A model generated the notes under the pieces. It ran no database searches and was not told the origin of the DNA. It was given only the letters and a program-made list of their open reading frames with translations. Below, in pieces: positions 26,504 through 33,886 of a DNA stretch of 33,886 nucleotides. The stretch's first letter is position 1. Each line of letters starts with the position of its first letter. A program made the translations under genes and the position numbers. Source of the stretch: a bacterium (GTDB lineage Bacteria; SZUA-182; DTGQ01); NCBI GenBank assembly GCA_040752695.1, contig JBFMGO010000061.1, positions 1 through 33,886 on the forward strand, written 5' to 3'.

Positions 26504-26640
26504 ACCGAGGCATCAGAGTAAATTGGGCTCAAGTATGCGTTCACATGAAGTTCATAGATACGGAGGCTGCTAGGGCCATCTCCCGCTCCCCTTGCGAGAA
26601 AAGGAGGAGCCGGTAATAATCACCCCTGATCGAAATATTC

Positions 26641-26656
26641 TGGAATAACTTATGCT
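26641..26656 (+). promoter_or_regulatory. Sigma-54 (-24/-12) promoter of the FN3/Ig GCFI-tail gene
   Basis: TGGAATAACTTATGCT (GG-N10-GC); 18 of 20 nt identical to 9888-9907. Confidence 0.6.
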
Positions 26657-26762
26657 TTTTCTGAAAAACAAAGGAGTCGTAACTCGCATGTAAAGGGATA
26701 CTTTTGATCCTTAATTTACGGTGTGCAGAAGAAATGCGAATATCCTTATGGGAGAGACTGTC

Positions 26763-28283
26763 ATGAGAAGCGCGGTGAATTGCACATTGTCCTTAGTGCT
26801 GATGCTGGTTGTTCATGCTATACTTCTCTTCTGCCATATCCCATTGGCCTACACGATGGATGTCATGTTAGAATGGACTGAAAATACCGGCCAGGACATT
26901 GCCGGTTATAAGGTTTATTATACCGCAGATCCCGCCGGCAGTCCCTACGATGGGACAGAAGCCCTCGAAGGCGATTCGCCGATCAATGTGGGGAAGGTTT
27001 CCCAATATATACTTACCGGCTTAAGCACTATCCGAAATTACCGTTTTGTTGTTACTGCCTATGATTCCCTGGGGCGTGAGAGTGATTATTCCAATGAAGT
27101 AGTGTTTACCACTATGATAACAGATATTACTTCATCATATGATGGCTCATTTACAGCCGGGGCAGATATTCCTATAAGCATACATTTTTCAGAACCAGTT
27201 ACGCTGACAGGCGGTAATCTGATCGTTACCTTGAATACCGGTTATAGAGCGGAAGTGATGCCTTTTGCCGCCCTGGTCAATACGAGTATACATTACATCG
27301 TTCAGGCTGGCGATACGACCAATGGTCTCAATGTAATTTCTCTTATCCTTTCCGATAGTGCGACGCTGTGCAATGACCAGGGAAATGCCTGTGCTTTACT
27401 ATTACCACCGGGTAATAATCTTGCCGATAATACCGATATTGTTATTGATACAAAAGTGCCTTCAGCACCGGCAAACCTGAATCTGGCAGCGGATGATGAC
27501 TCTGGAATAAGCGATAGCGATCATATAACCCGAAAGACATCCGGACTGACTATCACGGGTTCCGGTGAAGACATGGCTATAGTACAGCTATACGATAATG
27601 GCATTGCCATGACAGAAGCCACTGAAATGGTATCACGCATCGGGTTTTCGATTGACCTATCGTTACCGGACGGTACCCATGCAATCACTGCCAGACAGAG
27701 AGATGCAGCAGGCAATATTTCGGATTCTTCCGGGAGGCTGAATATTACCATAGATACGGCTTCACCCGGCGTGGCCCTATCGTACAGTGACCCAGGCCCT
27801 TACCGGCCTGCGGACGTGGTTGAAGTAACCGCAACCTTTACCGAGGAAATCCCGCAGCCGCCCCAATTAACTATCACCTATGCCGCTTCTGGTACCACCA
27901 CTCGTACCACTACTGATACCGCTGCTGATACATCAACTGCACATATGATCGCAACAGCGGCTGGCAGGATCTGGGTTCATTCCCTCACTATCCCTTCAGG
28001 ATATGAGGGGACGGCATCAATCTTGATCATTGGAACAGATCGGGCCGGAAACAGGGTGGAATCTTATGCCGGGGACCAGTTCACCTATTTATCAGGTATT
28101 CAGGCAGGCAAAGAGTCGGGAGAGGATACTGATAATTTACTGCCTGATGACAATTCACTGCCTGATAATGATGGTGATGGGAAGGAGGCACCATCTGATG
28201 GAAAAGACGATCAAACACCCGATGCCGGAGAGGATGGATGTTTTATCAATTCTCTCAGCAAATTCCGGGTATTTTCCACATAA
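26763..28283 (+). CDS. Secreted FN3 + Ig-like domain protein with acidic linker and C-terminal GCFI motif
   Basis: Signal peptide; IAGYKVYY..VTAYDSLGRESDYSNE FN3; FSEPV and DDSGISDSDHIT..D.AGN Ig-like domains; EDGCFINSL tail; GGGAGAG before ATG 26763. Confidence 0.8.
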   Translation: MRSAVNCTLSLVLMLVVHAILLFCHIPLAYTMDVMLEWTENTGQDIAGYKVYYTADPAGSPYDGTEALEGDSPINVGKVSQYILTGLSTIRNYRFVVTAYDSLGRESDYSNEVVFTTMITDITSSYDGSFTAGADIPISIHFSEPVTLTGGNLIVTLNTGYRAEVMPFAALVNTSIHYIVQAGDTTNGLNVISLILSDSATLCNDQGNACALLLPPGNNLADNTDIVIDTKVPSAPANLNLAADDDSGISDSDHITRKTSGLTITGSGEDMAIVQLYDNGIAMTEATEMVSRIGFSIDLSLPDGTHAITARQRDAAGNISDSSGRLNITIDTASPGVALSYSDPGPYRPADVVEVTATFTEEIPQPPQLTITYAASGTTTRTTTDTAADTSTAHMIATAAGRIWVHSLTIPSGYEGTASILIIGTDRAGNRVESYAGDQFTYLSGIQAGKESGEDTDNLLPDDNSLPDNDGDGKEAPSDGKDDQTPDAGEDGCFINSLSKFRVFST

Positions 28284-28315
28284 AAGCAAGCTGTTGACAA
28301 AAGCGATCTGTAGAC

Positions 28316-28346
28316 AAAAGGGGGCGAGATAACCTCGCCCCCTTTT
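28316..28346. terminator. Bidirectional intrinsic terminator
   Basis: AAAAGGGGGCGAG-ATAAC-CTCGCCCCCTTTT, a perfect 13-bp stem with A/T tracts on both sides, between convergent genes. Confidence 0.88.
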
Positions 28347-28371
28347 TGTAAATTCTATTGTTAGTGCGAAC

Positions 28372-28402
<31 letters not shown>

Positions 28403-28583
28403 GCAAATCGCTCTTTTAACATTTTGAATGGATACAACAAGGAACCTGGTCAATAAGGGAAAAGATTCATGGCTTAGACTTAAGGAATATTCTCACTTCT
28501 ACTCGAAAATGATGGAGGAAACTTTAAAAAAAGAGTATAAGACAAAGAATATGAGCGACTTGATCTTAACTTGTGAAGATGCA

Positions 28584-29294
28584 TCAGGCTTTCGTCACTA
28601 TTTTTTTCCGCCCGAAAACTCCAAGGCCCAGCAGCCCTAATCCTAAGAGCATAATGGTGCCTGGTTCAGGAATAGGCTCAATTTCTGCATTAAAGCTCGT
28701 CATTTGGCCTGGTGCATTGTGAGCAATACCAACATCTATTGTTAATGAAAAGGGATTGGCCCCAGGTATTCCATTATAGTTCTGGGTAAAGTTGAATGAA
28801 CCTGGCCCCAGACCCACTGCGCTGGCTATATGAGTTCCAGTTCCATAGTTTACGTTAGTCGTGTCATAGTAAGTATCGAAGGTAACAGAACCATCGGTAG
28901 TACCACCTATTTGAGAAGAAAATCCGGTCAGCCCGGCAGCCAAAGGACCGAACCCTGTATCTGTTACCATGACATGCAGGGTTCCACTCTTAGTGCCGGA
29001 AACTTCAACCGAAAGAAGATCCAAATTGGGTTCTGCTGCGCTGCCAACTACTGGCTTTGACGTTCCCGTGGTGACGGTGCTGATAAAATTACCGATAGGC
29101 CCGCTCCAAACAACAAGTCCGACCGTTGAATCAAGGTCTCCCGCACCATTATCTACAACGATTACATTGTTGGTGCCGTCGGTTAGCGTGATCTCCAGAG
29201 CATTGGCAGATGAAGAAAACGCAAAAATTAAGGCCATAGCCACAGCGGCTATGAATGGTAACCCCCACTTTGTCTTTAATTTAGACTTTTTCAC
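28584..29294 (-). CDS. PEP-CTERM sorting-domain protein (Gly/Thr/Ser-rich)
   Basis: GTG start 29294 with AGGAGG RBS; signal peptide ending ANA-L; IPEPGTIMLLGLGLLGLGVFGRKK tail. Confidence 0.92.
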   Translation of the reverse strand: MKKSKLKTKWGLPFIAAVAMALIFAFSSSANALEITLTDGTNNVIVVDNGAGDLDSTVGLVVWSGPIGNFISTVTTGTSKPVVGSAAEPNLDLLSVEVSGTKSGTLHVMVTDTGFGPLAAGLTGFSSQIGGTTDGSVTFDTYYDTTNVNYGTGTHIASAVGLGPGSFNFTQNYNGIPGANPFSLTIDVGIAHNAPGQMTSFNAEIEPIPEPGTIMLLGLGLLGLGVFGRKKIVTKA

Positions 29295-29469
29295 TTTAAA
29301 CCTCCTGCTATTCATGAAATTCATTTTTTGGACTATTTCCCTACTTCTCAGTCCCTCATTGACTATCGGGTATGGAAGTACTCTTACCTGCTGATAACCA
29401 CCACCTCCTCCACTTATTTCTTCATTACTTGTTAAAATATATACTTAAATATCCCTTGTTTTAGCAGGA

Positions 29470-29485
29470 TGCAATTTTAATGCCA
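29470..29485 (-). promoter_or_regulatory. Sigma-54 promoter of the PEP-CTERM gene
   Basis: Minus strand TGGCATTAAAATTGCA, near-consensus; IHF-like TTTCAATTGCTTA at 29503-29515. Confidence 0.8.
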
Positions 29486-29574
29486 TGTCATACTTTCTTA
29501 GCTAAGCAATTGAAATTGAATTTCTTACTTAACTCGTGGATAAATCCCCACGGTCTTTTCAGACAGGCAAAACA

Positions 29575-29673
29575 TGTAGCCGCTCACTACACTTTAAACC
29601 CCGATCTATAGAAGCCAGTAACCAGCTGATAATAAAGCACGTAATCTATCTGAAAGTGTCGTGATTTACTACA
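29575..29673. promoter_or_regulatory. Two TGT-N11-ACA PEP-CTERM-box enhancer sites
   Basis: TGTAGCCGCTCACTACA (29575-29591) and TGTCGTGATTTACTACA (29657-29673), 90-190 bp upstream of the sigma-54 site. Confidence 0.7.
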
Positions 29674-29687
29674 CCGTTCATGACCTC

Positions 29688-32624
29688 TCATCGAGTTACT
29701 TTTGTGAGTAACTGTTGAGCATCTTTTTTTTCAGGAAATTCTTTTTGGCTTGCTAATGCCTTGTTTAATTCAACAGCGGCTTTTGTATTTTCTCCCTGGC
29801 GGTGTAAGGCCAGGGCCAGATGATATTTTATGGACGGATTTTCTTTATCCAGAACAGCAGCCCGATTGAATTTATCTGCAGCCTGATTAAATTTCCCCAG
29901 TTTGAAATATACCCAGCCAAGGGTGTCTATGATGGCTGGGTTGTCGGGAGCCAGTTTGTCTGCCTTCTGGGCAAGGGTGAGGGACTGATCGAGATTTTGT
30001 TCTCGATCGGCATAGAACCAGGCAAGGTCATTACATGCTTGAGCATTATTCGGATTCATCTGAATTGACCTTTTATAATATTCCTCTGCTCTCTGATAAT
30101 CTCTCTTGGCAAAATATGTACTGGCCAGAGAGAGATGCACATAACCGTTATCAGGATCTATTTTGCTCAGTATATAGGTATATTGTTCTATCGCCAGGTC
30201 ATGCTTCTTTATCCTATTGTAAGCAATCCCAAAATTGAGCCTTAAGTTTATGGAATCAGGCATTCTTTTGATACCCTTTTCCAGCGTGTTGAAAGCCAGT
30301 TCAGGTTGACCTGAGGCCAGATAAGCCGAGTAAAGCTGTAAGTAAGTCCTTTCATGAGCATTAGGATCTGCCTCGATGGCTTTATTGAGGTAACCGATAG
30401 CTTCCTTCGTTTTCCCCATTCTTAAAGAGAACGAAGCCAGATCATTCAAAATGGCAGCACCGCTCAACTGCTTCTCAGAAATGATATTATCCAGTTTAGC
30501 TTTTGCTTTACCATGTTCCTTGTTAAGATTGTAAGCATAGATTAAGAGCTCCAGGGCGGCAATGCTCTCTGGATTAGCCTGGGCTATCTTTTCAAGTTCG
30601 GTAATAGCCAAGCCATATTCCTCATTTTTTAAGTACGCTGAAGCGAGAACGGTTGCCGGCAGGTTTGAGTTCGGCATCACCGAGCTGAATCTTTTGACCA
30701 GTTCGATGATGGCCTTGAGATCACCCTGGTCGGAGTACATTTGAGCCAGGCGGGCAAAGGCGCCCTGATTTTTCGGATCAATGGTGAGAGCTTCCTGAAG
30801 CCTGATCATTTCTTCCTTTTTATCTCCCACCCTCGCATAAACTTCAGCCATGCCCAAAAGAGCCTTACTGCTTCTGGGATATTGTTTTAATATTTCCTGA
30901 TATCGTTCTATCGCTTTATCAGGGCCAAATTCAAGGAGATCCAATTTGGCAAGGTTAAATTGCGCTGTGAGAAACATGGGATCTTCCGATAACGACTTGT
31001 TCAAACTTTCCCTGGCCTTATTGTAACGGCCCTGCTTAATATATGACAACCCTATGATATTATAGAACACCCCTCCCTGTTTGGGATTGTCCTTAAGGGC
31101 ATGAGAACAAACCTGAACTGCCTTATCCGGCAAATTCTGATCCAAATAGGCGAGAGCCAGAGGAATATAAAGCCTCTGGTTATGGGGGTTGATTCCGATT
31201 GCTGACTCGTAAACTTTAATGACATCATCATTCTTTTCACCTTTTGTACGAAGAGTGGCCAGGTTCTGATGAGTCATGCTAAAGTTTGGATCCAGTTGCA
31301 GAGCCATCTGGAACTCATCGATACCCTTATCCGTCCGTTTGCTGCTGATATAGGCAACTCCCAGAATATTGTGAAGATAGGGATTATCAGGACTCAACCA
31401 CAGAGCCTTCTCTGCCTCATTAATGGCAAACTCATATCGGTTAAGCTCAAGGTTTATAGTGGCGAGGAGGATATGGGCCCCGACATGCTTGGGATCGAGT
31501 TCGATCGCCTTCTGAAGCGCACTGATACTTTGATCCTTATGGTTGACCTGGTAATGGGCCAGACCAAGGAGATAGTATACATTTACCCTATCAGGGGCTA
31601 TTTTTACGGCCTTTTCAAGGTCTGTGATGGCTTCACTGTACTGACCCTTGACAAAATAAGCTCCACCTCTCAGATGGTATCCGAAAGGCGTCTTGGGGAA
31701 TTTTTCAATGATCAGGCTCCCCTGCTTGATAGCCTCATCGAATTTTTTCTGCTGATTGAGGATATCTCCAAGGGCAACCATAGCCTCGAGCGAAGATGGA
31801 TTTATTTGTAAAGTCTGTCTATACATATTTTCTGCCTGCGGGTACTCCTTCAGCAGGAAATAATATTGCCCTAAAGCCAGGTACGGCCTCGTATCCTTGG
31901 GCGCTTTTTCCCTCGCCATTTCAAAGGTTTTTTTTGCATCGACATAGTTCTTCATCTCCAGGTACAGACCGCCCAGGTTGATTAATATTGTGATATTGCC
32001 GGGATCTAATTCCAGAGAACGGACGAAGTGTGATTCAGCCCGCTTAAGATCCTTCATTGCAAGGTGGATTTGGCCTAACAGATTATATACTTGTGACCCT
32101 TTTACCCACGTCTTCCCCTCCCCTTGCTCTTTTCCCTTATTCAGTTCCAGTGCTATTTTGGCCTCTTTCAATGCATTTTCAAATTTCCCTTGTGACAGGT
32201 AGATGGAAGCGGACAAGAAATGCGCCTTGCTGTTATCAGGCTCCTTATCAATGACTTTCTTTAACTCCTGCATGGCATTATCTAACTTGCCTGCAAGGAA
32301 GTACGTTTCCCCAAGTTGAAGCCGTATAGAATAATCGCTCGGATCCAAATCGAGGGCACACTTAAACTCAACAGTAGCAGCATTGTAGTTCTTCTGTTCA
32401 CAATACTTCGATCCGTCATTCACATGTTCCTGCTTTGTCTTTCTACAACCGCCAAGTGCTGTAACGAAGACAAGTGACCAGCATACGGTAAAAAAGAGGA
32501 GCAGATTTCTCCTTTTCACTGGTATACTGCTCTGGATGTTATTGTGTTTATGGGTATTGTTATGTTTTTGGAATAGTGCTCCATATTCTCTTCTAAGTCC
32601 GACACTGAGATGTACCCATTGCAT
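29688..32624 (-). CDS. prsT: PEP-CTERM system TPR-repeat lipoprotein (PrsT-like); start uncertain (32624 or GTG 32519)
   Basis: Lipobox LGGC; A.VEFK.AL..DP N-terminal TPR; many TPRs; C-terminal NDLAW..A..DTLGWVY..IKYHLALAL; located with prsK/prsR. Confidence 0.8.
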   Translation of the reverse strand: MQWVHLSVGLRREYGALFQKHNNTHKHNNIQSSIPVKRRNLLLFFTVCWSLVFVTALGGCRKTKQEHVNDGSKYCEQKNYNAATVEFKCALDLDPSDYSIRLQLGETYFLAGKLDNAMQELKKVIDKEPDNSKAHFLSASIYLSQGKFENALKEAKIALELNKGKEQGEGKTWVKGSQVYNLLGQIHLAMKDLKRAESHFVRSLELDPGNITILINLGGLYLEMKNYVDAKKTFEMAREKAPKDTRPYLALGQYYFLLKEYPQAENMYRQTLQINPSSLEAMVALGDILNQQKKFDEAIKQGSLIIEKFPKTPFGYHLRGGAYFVKGQYSEAITDLEKAVKIAPDRVNVYYLLGLAHYQVNHKDQSISALQKAIELDPKHVGAHILLATINLELNRYEFAINEAEKALWLSPDNPYLHNILGVAYISSKRTDKGIDEFQMALQLDPNFSMTHQNLATLRTKGEKNDDVIKVYESAIGINPHNQRLYIPLALAYLDQNLPDKAVQVCSHALKDNPKQGGVFYNIIGLSYIKQGRYNKARESLNKSLSEDPMFLTAQFNLAKLDLLEFGPDKAIERYQEILKQYPRSSKALLGMAEVYARVGDKKEEMIRLQEALTIDPKNQGAFARLAQMYSDQGDLKAIIELVKRFSSVMPNSNLPATVLASAYLKNEEYGLAITELEKIAQANPESIAALELLIYAYNLNKEHGKAKAKLDNIISEKQLSGAAILNDLASFSLRMGKTKEAIGYLNKAIEADPNAHERTYLQLYSAYLASGQPELAFNTLEKGIKRMPDSINLRLNFGIAYNRIKKHDLAIEQYTYILSKIDPDNGYVHLSLASTYFAKRDYQRAEEYYKRSIQMNPNNAQACNDLAWFYADREQNLDQSLTLAQKADKLAPDNPAIIDTLGWVYFKLGKFNQAADKFNRAAVLDKENPSIKYHLALALHRQGENTKAAVELNKALASQKEFPEKKDAQQLLTKVTR

Positions 32625-33051
32625 AATCAATTACCTTTCCTCTCTTGTCTTATCTTGTAAATTTTCTCTCTCTATACCTTGCCCACGCCATAGTAAGGTA
32701 TTTTTTGTAACTTTTCAAAAAGTTGAGGTAAATAGCAATATCGGTTAGTGTAACCTGTTGAAATTATGGTATTCATATTTTTAAAAACTCAATTTTACCC
32801 GAACTTATTGAGAACTTACGTTATTTTTATGTTAAATATATGATAATAAATTGCATCTCGGTTATTGCAGGATAAGCTTTACTCTATAAAAGAAGGCTAA
32901 AAAGTTGAGGAGTTACCAAAAGACAAGCCGTCCTGCGGAATAGCTTTTTATTCCATACCAGACAGCTCCAGGAAAAATGATCAGGAAGGACTCCTGCTCA
33001 AAAAATCCTTGAGCGGGACACAAAAAATTAAATATCTAAGCAAACACTATT

Positions 33052-33885
33052 TTAGGGGATTTTCGTCAGGCATGCAATTCCACCACTGGATCCACCGGAA
33101 TTCTTGGTAATGGTACAGTCCGTGACTGTTAATGAGGAGAAAAAACAATAGATACCACCAATACTAGTAGCTGAATTGTTCTTGATAGTACAGTTAGTTA
33201 TGGACGATGAAGAGGTTAAGCAAAAAATTCCACCGCCAAGAGTAGCTTTATTATTGTTTATAACACAATTGGCGATAGTCGCTGAAGAGCTTAGACAGCA
33301 AACTGCACCACCGTACTTGGCAGAGTTCCCACTTATGGTACAATTGATGATGGTTGGTGAAGATGAGCAATAAATTCCACCGCCAAAAACAAAATTACCG
33401 TTTCGTATGGTAATTCCATTGAGGATCGAATCGCCTCCTTCGTTTGTCATGAAAGTAACAATGCTTCCCGGCATCGGCAGGTCTGCTCCATCGATTATGG
33501 TTCCAGCCACAACCACAGGATCATCCGGGTCCGTACTCTTCACGGTGAGGGCCTTACCTATAAAATTGATTTTTTCACGATAAACCCCCTGGTGAATAAT
33601 GATTTCATCACCGTTATCGGCAGCCTCGATTGCTGCCTGAATACTCTGACCAGGATAAATGTGAACCCTCTTTTCGGCATCTATATCGATATCAGCAGAA
33701 TCGCTGCCGTTGCGGTCATCAGAATTTTTCTCATCTTCAGGGCTCCGATAACTGGCTCGATTGAGTTTTTTTTCATTCGAGGGGCCACTTTCACGACCTG
33801 AGTGATCATAAGCAGTGATCCAAAAGACGTATGTTTCCTCATTGTCTAATCCATGAATCTTATGTTTGGTGATATTTTTATTTTT
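33052..33885 (-). CDS. 5'-partial FN3 + right-handed parallel beta-helix protein (continues beyond the window)
   Basis: Frame is open to the window edge: ..WITAYDHSGRESGPSNE (FN3 end), SIQAAIEAADNGDEIIIHQGVYREKINFIGKALTVKS, then GGGIYC..SSPTI.NC.I..N.A repeats. Confidence 0.85.
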   Translation of the reverse strand, partial: KNKNITKHKIHGLDNEETYVFWITAYDHSGRESGPSNEKKLNRASYRSPEDEKNSDDRNGSDSADIDIDAEKRVHIYPGQSIQAAIEAADNGDEIIIHQGVYREKINFIGKALTVKSTDPDDPVVVAGTIIDGADLPMPGSIVTFMTNEGGDSILNGITIRNGNFVFGGGIYCSSSPTIINCTISGNSAKYGGAVCCLSSSATIANCVINNNKATLGGGIFCLTSSSSITNCTIKNNSATSIGGIYCFFSSLTVTDCTITKNSGGSSGGIACLTKIP

Positions 33886-33886
33886 A

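Noticed and set aside
29380..29425. Leader peptide upstream of the PEP-CTERM gene (strong GGAGGAGG)
   Set aside because: The available frames are only 3-6 codons long; no support for a real peptide.
32992..33018. Terminator after the beta-helix gene
   Set aside because: An imperfect hairpin is present, but on the minus strand it has a mismatch and no following U tract.

Overview
Bacterial chromosomal window, probably from a diderm, deltaproteobacteria-like or candidate lineage (inferred from gene content only). The left part has housekeeping and stress genes: a stand-alone Rpn-type C-terminal domain gene, argB and a cysteine hydrolase on the + strand, then a minus-strand run of secreted subtilase, treZ, a small coupled ORF, treY and a DUF481 beta-barrel. 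A 920-bp AT-rich divergent control region follows, containing a GC-rich structured element. The rest is a cell-surface/secretome island: a 3917-aa modular surface protein (FN3, Ig-like, 14 CARDB, PPC, a duplicated 395-aa module, MopE-like motifs, dockerin), a PEP-CTERM regulatory set (prsK, prsR, prsT-like TPR lipoprotein), two PEP-CTERM proteins, an FN3/Ig protein ending in GCFI, and a partial FN3/beta-helix gene. The most notable non-coding signal is a set of sigma-54 (-24/-12) promoters, each with an upstream TGT-N11-ACA box. They precede the PEP-CTERM gene and also the two non-PEP-CTERM surface proteins, suggesting a broader PrsKR regulon. No exosortase, rRNA, tRNA, CRISPR array, transposase or integrase was recognised. 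All family assignments are by motif recognition, not database search.
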